From IMG/VR virus record IMGVR_UViG_3300044655_000681: 20,000 nucleotides of DNA, one strand, 5' to 3'. Made by a program: the position numbers and the translations under genes. The stretch comes from an uncultured virus (IMG/VR IMGVR_UViG_3300044655_000681) (Duplodnaviria; Heunggongvirae; Uroviricota; Caudoviricetes). The notes beneath the pieces are model-generated. The model was given only the letters and a program-made list of their open reading frames with translations, was not told the origin of the DNA and did no database searches. This document shows positions 8,396-16,552 of the stretch, in pieces (position 1 is the first letter of the stretch; each line of letters begins with the position of its first letter).

Positions 8396-9042
8396 AAACG
8401 TTATTAATAATCACAGGGCCGCAGGGCAGTGGCAATCATTTATTCAGTCGTATCTTAAGTACACATAGTAGTGTAGGTGGATGGAAAAGCCTACTAGACA
8501 AGTATTGGGTTCCTAGCGACGAAGAACCTTTTGCCGAGTTTTGGGTACACCCAGAACGCTTAACAGAAGAACACTTTGATGGGTATGACTACTGGTTAGC
8601 TAATGTTAGTTGCCCGTTCTTCTTCGACGGCACACGCTATATACCTAAAATACTCGAAGTAGCCAAACAAGCCCGTGGCTTTGGAATTGACGTTAAGATT
8701 GCTATTATCACTCGAGATATGAATATTAACGCAGAACAACAGTTACGTGTACGTAAGGAAATAACTACCCCAATTGCGCAGGATTATTACTATAATCATC
8801 TCATTCCCAGCGATTTTCCTATACATTTCCTATCAAACGAAGCCTTATTTTTACACCGAGAGCATTACCTAGGTTACGTAGAAAGAACTTTGAGTTTCCC
8901 TATAGACCGCACTAATCCTAATATTTTTAAGTTTTTAGATCAAGATCCTAATGCTAAGTACGTTAAGCATGTAGACGAATATTGGCTGGATCAAGAAGTA
9001 TGGCACGGTGTACAAGCAAAGAAAGCTCGCGGAATTGAATAA
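8392..9042 (+). CDS. P-loop / sulfotransferase-like protein (paralog B)
   Basis: IITGPQGSGNHLFSRILSTH. Shares GWKxLLDxYW, EPFAExW, RDxNI..QQxRxR and NAKYVKxVxEYxLD with paralog A. Confidence 0.55.
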   Translation: MKTLLIITGPQGSGNHLFSRILSTHSSVGGWKSLLDKYWVPSDEEPFAEFWVHPERLTEEHFDGYDYWLANVSCPFFFDGTRYIPKILEVAKQARGFGIDVKIAIITRDMNINAEQQLRVRKEITTPIAQDYYYNHLIPSDFPIHFLSNEALFLHREHYLGYVERTLSFPIDRTNPNIFKFLDQDPNAKYVKHVDEYWLDQEVWHGVQAKKARGIE

Positions 9043-9045
9043 ATA
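9040..9045 (+). promoter_or_regulatory. TAAATA late-promoter-like element
   Basis: At a gene boundary (overlapping a stop codon), upstream of the operon that leads into the lysis genes. Confidence 0.45.
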
Positions 9046-9068
9046 ACATAAAGAACTAGTGAATTACT

Positions 9069-9599
9069 ATGGCCAAACCACTTAAAGATATTATTGAAAA
9101 CACAAAAGAAATATTCATGACAGACAGTGCTCTGAATAGTCTATTAGACTTTGAGCGTGTATTGGATGAATTAGATCTATACGTATTTGCTAACTGGAAA
9201 CAAGGTGAACTTGTAGAAGGCCCAGTATACGAAAAATATTTCGTGAGTTGTACGTTTATGTGGCCGTATAAACTAATGCCTGACCCGCGCGGCGGCGAGC
9301 GACTATTAGACTACGACTGTGAAGTTTACTATAGTAAAGATACGTTAGAATATCCTGTCAAAGTAGAAAATCCCGACGATTTTGAACCGGGTACTAAAAT
9401 GCCAAAAATGGGCAAAAAGCCTGTGTGGTTAGTAACAGTAGTAATGCCTAAAAAACTAATGCAGGAAATTAATCAAGGTAGCTTAGAGTTAGAAAGTGCT
9501 ACGCTTGACATGGAAGATGTCGAACAGGCCTACGAAGAAGGTGACGATAGCTCTACAAATTTTGATCAAGAAGACGTAAATGCGCAACCAACAGCTTAA
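9069..9599 (+). CDS. hypothetical phage protein
   Basis: 176 aa ORF with an acidic C-terminus; no recognised motif. Confidence 0.75.
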   Translation: MAKPLKDIIENTKEIFMTDSALNSLLDFERVLDELDLYVFANWKQGELVEGPVYEKYFVSCTFMWPYKLMPDPRGGERLLDYDCEVYYSKDTLEYPVKVENPDDFEPGTKMPKMGKKPVWLVTVVMPKKLMQEINQGSLELESATLDMEDVEQAYEEGDDSSTNFDQEDVNAQPTA

Positions 9600-10137
9600 T
9601 GAAAATTTAGAAATGGGCGATCTAAAACGCCTAGTACACAATGAACTACACATTGATGAATACAAGTCAAAAATGGGTGGAGATGACGCTGTGTGCGTAA
9701 TTAGTTTCAAAGTTTCTGGGAAAGAGCCAGCTGCCGACCTAGTTAGCTTTATCGAAAAAGGCTACGATTGGGTCTTAGATGCTGATGTTAGCTCAGGTGA
9801 GAAAGAGGGCGGCGACTACCTAGTGTTTGTTGAGATAGATCGTAGAACAGATGTACCAAAAGATATTGTACAATTAATCGACGATATCAATAACCTAACA
9901 GAACAAACGTTAGAAGGGTGGCGTGTTCGTTATCACAAATCAGCGACTGAGCATCCGCTAACAGTTGACGCACTTACAAAAATTATACCGTTAACTCCAG
10001 AAGCATATCGCAAAAAGTTTAACAGTAATCAAGAAGAGTTAGATCAACTCAAAACAGCAGCTGGCGTCGAAGTTACAACTAAAGCACCTAAAAATGAATA
10101 CACCGAAAGTTTGAGGGTAGCAGCTGGTATCAGATAA
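9580..10137 (+). CDS. hypothetical phage protein (possible virion protein)
   Basis: 185 aa ORF overlapping the previous gene. N-terminal QLNE resembles a head-protease site. Confidence 0.7.
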   Translation: MRNQQLNENLEMGDLKRLVHNELHIDEYKSKMGGDDAVCVISFKVSGKEPAADLVSFIEKGYDWVLDADVSSGEKEGGDYLVFVEIDRRTDVPKDIVQLIDDINNLTEQTLEGWRVRYHKSATEHPLTVDALTKIIPLTPEAYRKKFNSNQEELDQLKTAAGVEVTTKAPKNEYTESLRVAAGIR

Positions 10138-10152
10138 CAAAAGGAATCAATA

Positions 10153-10998
10153 ATGCAGATAAGCGCAGCAATAATCAAATCACTATTTCCAAAATACAAA
10201 CACCCAGAAGACCTAGCAGAAGTACTTACAGAGCAATTTGAAAAGTACGAGATTAACACAGTTAATCGTGCGGCAGGCTTCCTGGCACAATGCGGACATG
10301 AGTCAGCAGGCTTTACAATTCTCAAAGAAAACTTAAACTACTCAGCAGAGGGTTTAAACAAAATCTTTAAAAAATACTTCCCTACACTAGCAGACGCAAC
10401 TCCTTATGCTCGAAATCCACAAAAGATTGCTAATAAAGTATACGGTAATAGAATGGGCAATGGTCCAGAGTCTAGTGGCGATGGATTTAAGTTCTGTGGT
10501 CGTGGCGCTATTCAACTTACGGGTCGCGATAACTATACACAGTTTGCTAAATCAGTAGGATTAACTGTAGAAGAAGCAGTAGCAGACTTAGAAACCTTAG
10601 ATGGTGCTATTGAGTCGGCTTGCTGGTTTTGGAAAAAGAATGGCTTAAACGCTATCTGTGATGCAGATGATATTGTTAAAATGACCAAACGTATCAACGG
10701 TGGTACAATTGGCTTAGAAGACCGTACAAAGCACTACAAAGAAGCTAAACACTTATTAGGTGGTGGACACGTAGCAGAGTCACATGCCGCACCTGCTACA
10801 GCTACAGAGTACGTAACAGTGCGTGTAGGTAGCAATAACGACACAGTTAAAGCAGTACAAAAGGCTCTAGGACAAACAGCAGATGGCAAGTTTGGTCCAG
10901 GTACAGAGAAAGCAGTTAAAGCATGGCAAACAGCGCACGGGCTAACAGCAGACGGTATTGTTGGTCCAGCAACTATCAAAAAAATGCTAGGAGAATAA
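10153..10998 (+). CDS. modular endolysin: glycoside hydrolase family 19 plus C-terminal peptidoglycan-binding domain
   Basis: FLAQCGHES, ENLNYS, GRGAIQLTGRDNY, SACWFW and TKRINGG are GH19 motifs. VKAVQKALG..DGKFGPGTEKAVKAWQ..GLTADGIVGPAT matches PG_binding_1. Confidence 0.93.
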   Translation: MQISAAIIKSLFPKYKHPEDLAEVLTEQFEKYEINTVNRAAGFLAQCGHESAGFTILKENLNYSAEGLNKIFKKYFPTLADATPYARNPQKIANKVYGNRMGNGPESSGDGFKFCGRGAIQLTGRDNYTQFAKSVGLTVEEAVADLETLDGAIESACWFWKKNGLNAICDADDIVKMTKRINGGTIGLEDRTKHYKEAKHLLGGGHVAESHAAPATATEYVTVRVGSNNDTVKAVQKALGQTADGKFGPGTEKAVKAWQTAHGLTADGIVGPATIKKMLGE

Positions 10999-10999
10999 C

Positions 11000-11461
11000 A
11001 TGTTCTTACTACATTTTTTGCCAGATGGATTCTTACAACTTATTATTAACATTGTACTATTAACAGGCGCTGGCTTAACTGGCATCGGTTTCTTTCTAGT
11101 AGGATTTATCCCTGGTCTGCGCAATTACAAAACTCTAATACAAATTGTTGGTGTTATTCTATTAGTAGTTGGTATCTACTGGAAGGGTGGCTATGGTGTT
11201 GAAATGGAGTGGCGTGCTAAGGTCGCTGAACTAGAAGCCAAAGTTGCAGCTGCTGAAGTTAAAAGCAAAGAAGTAAACACAATAATAAAAGAAAAGATCG
11301 TTACTAAAACTAAAGTAATACACGATACTAAAGTAATAACCAAGCAGGTTCTTAAAGAAGTTGAGAAGCGTATTGATAGTGAATGTACTATCTCGCCAGA
11401 AGTAATTGACATATTAAATGCCGCGGCACGTAACGAAACTCCAAAAGGAGTACAACAATGA
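11000..11461 (+). CDS. inner-membrane spanin (Rz-like)
   Basis: N-terminal TM segments then a coiled coil (KVAELEAKVAAAE) and a late Cys. Follows the endolysin and overlaps the lipoprotein gene. Confidence 0.75.
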   Translation: MFLLHFLPDGFLQLIINIVLLTGAGLTGIGFFLVGFIPGLRNYKTLIQIVGVILLVVGIYWKGGYGVEMEWRAKVAELEAKVAAAEVKSKEVNTIIKEKIVTKTKVIHDTKVITKQVLKEVEKRIDSECTISPEVIDILNAAARNETPKGVQQ

Positions 11462-11721
11462 GATACTTATTAGTTTTAGCAATATTTTTAGCTGGGTGCG
11501 CAACGACGGTACCAGTTAAACCAAAATGGCCAGAGGTTCCTGCTGATTTAACAACTACCTGCGATAAGTTAGGTGAAGTTAAAGCAGATACTAAAAAGCT
11601 AAGTGAAGTAGTAGGTGTAGTTGTAGACAATTACGCACTGTATCATGAATGTCACGTTAAGGTGGACGGTTGGACTGATTGGTACAATGAACAGAAAAAA
11701 GTCTACGAAGAAGTTAAATAA
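11458..11721 (+). CDS. outer-membrane lipoprotein spanin (Rz1-like)
   Basis: Lipobox FLAG-C, a Pro-rich stretch (VPVKPKWPEVPA) and additional Cys residues. Confidence 0.8.
   Translation: MRYLLVLAIFLAGCATTVPVKPKWPEVPADLTTTCDKLGEVKADTKKLSEVVGVVVDNYALYHECHVKVDGWTDWYNEQKKVYEEVK
11715..11720 (+). promoter_or_regulatory. TAAATA late-promoter-like element upstream of the holin
   Basis: Upstream of SD AAGGAG and ATG 11749. Confidence 0.45.
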
Positions 11722-11748
11722 TATTATAATAACACAAGGAGCAAGACA

Positions 11749-12039
11749 ATGACAACTCAAGCAGAAAAGAAATCAGAAGATTGGATGACCACAAAATGGC
11801 GTCCGTTAATGGCTGTAACATATATGGCTACTATCTGGTTTGATTTTATTTTAGGACCGATCCTATTCAACATACTACAATACTGGAATCCAGGACAAGC
11901 AATTGGCATGTGGGTACCGTTGACCTTACAAGGTGGTGGTTTATACCATATCTCCATGGGTGCTATTTTAGGTATCGCAGCTTGGACACGCGGTAAAGAA
12001 AAAGTAGCAAGCATTGAAGCAGGTGAAGCGGGAAAGTAA
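11749..12039 (+). CDS. holin (GTA 3TM-holin-like)
   Basis: 96 aa, KWRP motif, two hydrophobic segments, charged C-terminus (RGKEK), located in the lysis cassette. Confidence 0.75.
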   Translation: MTTQAEKKSEDWMTTKWRPLMAVTYMATIWFDFILGPILFNILQYWNPGQAIGMWVPLTLQGGGLYHISMGAILGIAAWTRGKEKVASIEAGEAGK

Positions 12040-12072
12040 CAGGGTTTGAGGACACCCCCGTAACAAGTCCTT
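12030..12072 (+). promoter_or_regulatory. putative programmed -1 ribosomal frameshift signal
   Basis: In-frame G_GGA_AAG (12030-12036) directly before TAA, a 5-nt spacer, then possible pseudoknot stems GGGT/ACCC and GAGGAC/GTCCTT. Confidence 0.7.
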
Positions 12073-12275
12073 CAGAGCCTGTTTGGTTAAGCCAAAGCGC
12101 ACCAGAGGATAACGTACCTGTAGCAGCAGATCAACCAGCAGTGGTTAACGACCCAGAAGTTGCTAAAGGTTATGCTGAAGCTATTTCAGGCTATACTGCT
12201 CCAGAAGCAACAGAAGTTGTGACTGAACCCGTAGCAGTTAGTACAGATCGTCCATTGCGTAGGAAAAAATCGTAA
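12036..12275 (+). CDS. -1 frame C-terminal extension of the holin (79 aa)
   Basis: Open frame VTGFEDTPVTSPSEPVWLSQSAPEDNVPVAADQPAVVNDPEVAKGYAEAISGYTAPEATEVVTEPVAVSTDRPLRRKKS*. Bounded upstream by TGA 12024-12026, with no ATG of its own. Confidence 0.65.
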   Translation, partial: VTGFEDTPVTSPSEPVWLSQSAPEDNVPVAADQPAVVNDPEVAKGYAEAISGYTAPEATEVVTEPVAVSTDRPLRRKKS

Positions 12276-12299
12276 CAGGTAAATTGAAGTAGTAAATAT

Positions 12300-12328
12300 A
12301 AAGGAGAGCTTGACAGTTCTCCTTTTTT
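12300..12328 (+). terminator. intrinsic terminator after the lysis cassette
   Basis: Hairpin AAAGGAGAGC-TTGACA-GTTCTCCTTT followed by a T tract. Confidence 0.7.
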
Positions 12329-12338
12329 ATTATATAAT
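12310..12338 (+). promoter_or_regulatory. consensus sigma70 promoter for dnaJ
   Basis: TTGACA 12310-12315, 17 bp, TATAAT 12333-12338. ATG follows 7 nt downstream with no SD. Confidence 0.8.
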
Positions 12339-12345
12339 ACATACT

Positions 12346-13188
12346 ATGACAGACGCATATCAAACACTAGGTGTAGCACGCGGTGCTACTGAAGATGAAA
12401 TTAAAAAGGCATATCGCAGACTAGCAGCCAAACATCATCCTGATCGCGGTGGCAATACTGCTAAGTTTCAAGAAATACAAAGCGCCTACGAAACATTAAC
12501 TGATCCCCAAAAACGGCATCAGCACGACAATCCAAGTCCATTTAGTAGTTTTGACCAAGGTGGACCTAACAGCAGTCATTTTGAATTCCATTTTGGCGGG
12601 GGTGGCCCACAAGATATATTCGAACAGTTTTTTGGCGGACAGGGCGGGCACAATCCATTCCGTCAACAACAGCAGCCGCGACGCAATAAAGATCTACGTA
12701 TTAGTATATCAGTTAGTTTAGATACTACATTAGAGCAACAGACTAAAACCATTAGTGTACAGACTACCAAAGGTGATCGATTTAATGTTGACATTACTAT
12801 CCCACGTGGGGTAAACAACGGAACTACTATTAAGTACAGTCAGATGGGTGACAACTTCTTTGAGTCATTGACAAGGGGTGATCTTTATGTTATTATTAAT
12901 GTTCAGCCTGATAGTAGATTCGAGTTGTACGGTATTAATCTAGTGACTACATTAGAAATTAGCAGTATAGATGCTATGCTAGGTATAGACAAAGAAGTAC
13001 AGGGCTTAGAAGGAAAAACATTCTTAGTTAAAATCCCACCAGGATGCCAATACGGTACTAAGTTTGGTTTAAACGGACAAGGTCTATATCAAATGAATTC
13101 TGCTGTTAGGGGTGATTTAGTAGTGAATGTTACTATTAAAACTCCTGTACTAACAGAAGAACAAAAAAGCATACTTAAAACAATTTAA
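12346..13188 (+). CDS. dnaJ: class B (CbpA-like) DnaJ co-chaperone
   Basis: J domain with HPD, G/F-rich region, C-terminal domains (GDLYV, GDLVV), no zinc finger. ATG 12346 preferred over TTG 12310. Confidence 0.9.
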   Translation: MTDAYQTLGVARGATEDEIKKAYRRLAAKHHPDRGGNTAKFQEIQSAYETLTDPQKRHQHDNPSPFSSFDQGGPNSSHFEFHFGGGGPQDIFEQFFGGQGGHNPFRQQQQPRRNKDLRISISVSLDTTLEQQTKTISVQTTKGDRFNVDITIPRGVNNGTTIKYSQMGDNFFESLTRGDLYVIINVQPDSRFELYGINLVTTLEISSIDAMLGIDKEVQGLEGKTFLVKIPPGCQYGTKFGLNGQGLYQMNSAVRGDLVVNVTIKTPVLTEEQKSILKTI

Positions 13189-13195
13189 CTATCCA

Positions 13196-13201
13196 TAAAT
13201 A
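13196..13201 (+). promoter_or_regulatory. TAAATA late-promoter-like element upstream of clpA
   Basis: Intergenic, before SD AAAGGA and GTG 13220. Confidence 0.45.
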
Positions 13202-13219
13202 TTTTTAAAGGAACAGTCT

Positions 13220-15523
13220 GTGTCATTAAAATCAAATCCTGATATAGAAGAAATCATACAATCAGCAACAACGTTGGCTAAAGAGTATAAACATGAATAT
13301 GTTACTCTAGAACATCTGTTAATAGCGTTAATAGAGTTTCCAAACTTTAATAAACTATTAACTGAGTTTGGTGCTGATCCAGAAGGGTTAGTTAGCGATC
13401 TTTATGAATACGTTAGTAAACAATATCATCTAGTTAATCTAGCAGATCAAGAAATTGTTCCACAACGTACACATAGTTTAGAACGTGTGTTTAACCGTGC
13501 GTTTACACAGGTGCTGTTTAGCGCACGTGAAATGATGGATCCTATTGATTTATTTCTAAGTATCAGCCAAGAAAACAACAGTCATTCTGCTTACTTTATG
13601 CTTAAATGGGGCATTAATCGCAAACAACTTGTAGAATTCTATACACAAGAATTTGCTCCTGTAGATCCTAAGGCCAAGCCTGCTACAGGAAAAGGCAAAA
13701 AAGACTACGCAGATAAGATCCTTGATGAATTCTGTACAAATCTTAATAAACAAGCAGAAGATGGTAAGATTGATCCGGTCATTGGTCGTGAATATGAGTT
13801 AGAAGAGATTGCTCAGGTATTGGCACGTCGTCATAAGTCAAACGTACTAATGATTGGTGATCCTGGTGTGGGTAAAACTGCTATTGCCGAAGGTATTGCC
13901 TACAAGATTATTAATAAAGAAGTACCAGATTACCTTAAAGAGTACACAGTCTACAACCTAGAGATTGGTAGTTTATTAGCTGGTAGTAAATATCGCGGCG
14001 AGTTTGAAGAAAAACTTAAAGATGTACTAGCGGCATTAGAAGAAAAAGGTAAAACTATCTTGTTTATCGATGAAGCACATCAAATGCAGGGTGCCGGTAG
14101 TGGATCTAGTAGTAGTGTAGACTTTGCTAATATGATTAAACCTGCCCTAAGCAAGGGTAATATTAAAGTTATTGCTAGTACTACCTACGAAGAATATACT
14201 AAGTCATTTGAAAAAGACCGTGCCTTAATGCGTAGGTTTTACAAGCTGTCAATCGACGAGCCTAGCCCAGTTATTGCTAAAGATATATTGCGTGGACTTA
14301 AAGAGCACTTTGAAAAGTTCCATAACGGTGTTATCTTAGATGAAGCAATCGAAGCCGCTGTTGACTTGAGTGTTCGTTATCAAACAGATCGTCGACTACC
14401 AGACAAAGCAATTGACTTGATTGATATGAGTTGTGCTCGACTAAAAATTAAAAACTCTACATGGGTTGTTAACAAGGATGAAATTGTTGAAACGTTAAGT
14501 AAAGCTACTAAGATCCCAATGGAAAACTTAGATAATAAAGAAAGCACAGCAACATTACTTAATATTGATACAGTTATCAAAGAACGTTTATACGGGCAAG
14601 ATTCAGCAGTAGATCAAGTATTAGAAAAGATCTATGTAGCCAAAGCAGGTATGAAAGCCCACAACAAGCCTGTAGGTAACTTCTTATTCTTAGGGCCAAC
14701 AGGTACAGGTAAAACAGAACTATGTAAACTGCTAAGTGAAAACTTAAGCATGAAACTAATACGCTTTGATATGAGTGAATATCAAGAGAAGCACAGTATG
14801 GCTAAACTTATTGGTGCTCCTCCAGGTTATGTGGGTTACGAGGATGGCAATCTAGGAGGTGGGTTGCTAATTAGTGAAGTTGAGCGTAACCCACATTCAA
14901 TTATCTTGCTAGATGAGATTGAAAAGGCACATCCTGATATTAGCAACCTGTTGTTAAGTATCATGGACGAAGGTGTTATTACTGGTAGTAACGGTAAGAA
15001 AGCAGATTGTCGTCATGCTATCCTTATTCTAACAAGTAATTTAGGTGCTGCTGATAACGAGCGCAACAGCATTGGTTTTGGACGTGACCTACAGAAATCG
15101 GGATCAGACGACGAAGCAGTTAAGAAATTCTTTAAACCAGAATTCCGCAATCGTTTAGATGCTGTGGTTAAGTTTAACAAGCTAGATAAGATCAACATGA
15201 AAAAAGTTGTTGCTAAATTCATGCTTGAGCTTAACGATTTACTAGGTGAACGTCATATCAAAGTACATGCGACTGAAGCATTGATTGATCACTTAGTTGA
15301 AGTTGGGTTTGATCCAGCTATGGGTGCTCGCCCACTAGGTCGTAAGATCAGCGAACTTATTAAAGTTCCGTTGAGTAAAAAGATTTTGTTTGAAAATATT
15401 CGTGAAGGTAGTATTATTACCGCAGGTTATATTAATAACGCAGTTGAATTTATTATTACTGAACCTACTATCGACTTATTAGAAAACAAAACAGTTGACG
15501 AAAACGGTTACATTGTAGCATAA
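13220..15523 (+). CDS. clpA: ClpA-like Hsp100 ATPase
   Basis: N domain (HEYVTLEHLL), NBD1 GDPGVGKT/FIDEAH, pore loop KYRGEFE, NBD2 GPTGTGKT/GYVG/LLDEIEKAH, IGF loop, no ClpB middle domain. Confidence 0.92.
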   Translation: MSLKSNPDIEEIIQSATTLAKEYKHEYVTLEHLLIALIEFPNFNKLLTEFGADPEGLVSDLYEYVSKQYHLVNLADQEIVPQRTHSLERVFNRAFTQVLFSAREMMDPIDLFLSISQENNSHSAYFMLKWGINRKQLVEFYTQEFAPVDPKAKPATGKGKKDYADKILDEFCTNLNKQAEDGKIDPVIGREYELEEIAQVLARRHKSNVLMIGDPGVGKTAIAEGIAYKIINKEVPDYLKEYTVYNLEIGSLLAGSKYRGEFEEKLKDVLAALEEKGKTILFIDEAHQMQGAGSGSSSSVDFANMIKPALSKGNIKVIASTTYEEYTKSFEKDRALMRRFYKLSIDEPSPVIAKDILRGLKEHFEKFHNGVILDEAIEAAVDLSVRYQTDRRLPDKAIDLIDMSCARLKIKNSTWVVNKDEIVETLSKATKIPMENLDNKESTATLLNIDTVIKERLYGQDSAVDQVLEKIYVAKAGMKAHNKPVGNFLFLGPTGTGKTELCKLLSENLSMKLIRFDMSEYQEKHSMAKLIGAPPGYVGYEDGNLGGGLLISEVERNPHSIILLDEIEKAHPDISNLLLSIMDEGVITGSNGKKADCRHAILILTSNLGAADNERNSIGFGRDLQKSGSDDEAVKKFFKPEFRNRLDAVVKFNKLDKINMKKVVAKFMLELNDLLGERHIKVHATEALIDHLVEVGFDPAMGARPLGRKISELIKVPLSKKILFENIREGSIITAGYINNAVEFIITEPTIDLLENKTVDENGYIVA

Positions 15524-15549
15524 TAATTTTTGTCAGCAAAGGGCTCCGA

Positions 15550-15555
15550 TAAATA
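15550..15555 (+). promoter_or_regulatory. TAAATA late-promoter-like element within an SD-sequestering hairpin
   Basis: Flanked by GGCTCC (15542-15547) and its complement GGAGCC (15572-15577), which includes the SD. Confidence 0.55.
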
Positions 15556-15581
15556 ATATGAGTATATTTTAGGAGCCTACC

Positions 15582-15749
15582 ATGGCAAAATTACATGAAG
15601 AAGTAGTAGTAATCAAAGTTAGTACATTACTTAAAGATGACGTAACAGCAACTCCGGTATTACTAACTAATGATACAGTAGTAAGTTTAGAAGCAGTAGT
15701 AGCAGAACTAGTTGGCGGAAACGTACTAGTTGAAGTTCAAGTAGCATAA
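15582..15749 (+). CDS. small hypothetical protein (55 aa), not in the ORF track
   Basis: SD AGGAG; MAKLHEEVVVIKVSTLLKDDVTATPVLLTNDTVVSLEAVVAELVGGNVLVEVQVA. Confidence 0.75.
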   Translation: MAKLHEEVVVIKVSTLLKDDVTATPVLLTNDTVVSLEAVVAELVGGNVLVEVQVA

Positions 15750-15775
15750 TTTAATTCAATAAAGAGAGATTTTCA

Positions 15776-16552
15776 ATGGCTAAACGTATTAAACCAAATC
15801 AACCTGCTATGATGCAGGCACCCGTAGCACAGCAACCACAACAACAATTTGACTTTAGTAAAGTACATATCCACTTTGGTATTCCTTGTTATGGTGGTAT
15901 GGTGTCAGAACCTACTATGACTAGTTTCTTACGTTTTATCCTACTAGCTAGCAAAGTGGGTCTACAATGGTCATTGGACACAATGGTTAATGAGTCATTA
16001 GTTACACGTGCTCGTAACAACTTAATGGCTAAGATGATGACGAACACTTCGGCCACGCACTTTATGTTTATTGACGCAGACATTCGTTTCCAACCAGAAT
16101 CGATCCTACAAATGATTGCTACTGATAAAGACGTAATTGGCGGGTTGTATCCTAAAAAAGCCTTGCCAATCAGCTATGTAATTAATGTTAAACCTGGTAC
16201 AGTTATTCAAAACGATATTTTTCCAGTAGACACCATGGGCACAGGCTTTATGCAGTTTAAACGTCACGTATATGAAAAACTAATCGAAGCTCATCCAGAA
16301 ACAAAATATGTAGATGATGTTGGTCTAGGTAAACAATATGAGCCATTCATGTATTCAATCTTTGATTGTAAGATTGATGAAAAAGGTCACTATCTAAGTG
16401 AAGATTGGTTATTCTGTCGTCGTTGGGCTGCTATCGGCGGTGAGATCTATGCTCACGCTAAAGTACTGTTGAACCATTCAGGACACTATGAATTTGCCGG
16501 TGACTTAGATGTTCTTACTGGCAATAAAAAAGTAGACCCGAGCAAACCTTAA
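15776..16552 (+). CDS. GT-A fold glycosyltransferase-like protein
   Basis: IPCY, SLVTRARN, DxD in FIDADI, GTGFM, SEDWLFC. Confidence 0.75.
   Translation: MAKRIKPNQPAMMQAPVAQQPQQQFDFSKVHIHFGIPCYGGMVSEPTMTSFLRFILLASKVGLQWSLDTMVNESLVTRARNNLMAKMMTNTSATHFMFIDADIRFQPESILQMIATDKDVIGGLYPKKALPISYVINVKPGTVIQNDIFPVDTMGTGFMQFKRHVYEKLIEAHPETKYVDDVGLGKQYEPFMYSIFDCKIDEKGHYLSEDWLFCRRWAAIGGEIYAHAKVLLNHSGHYEFAGDLDVLTGNKKVDPSKP

Noticed and set aside
13220..15523. ClpB assignment
   Set aside because: There is no coiled-coil middle domain, and the IGF loop and length fit ClpA.
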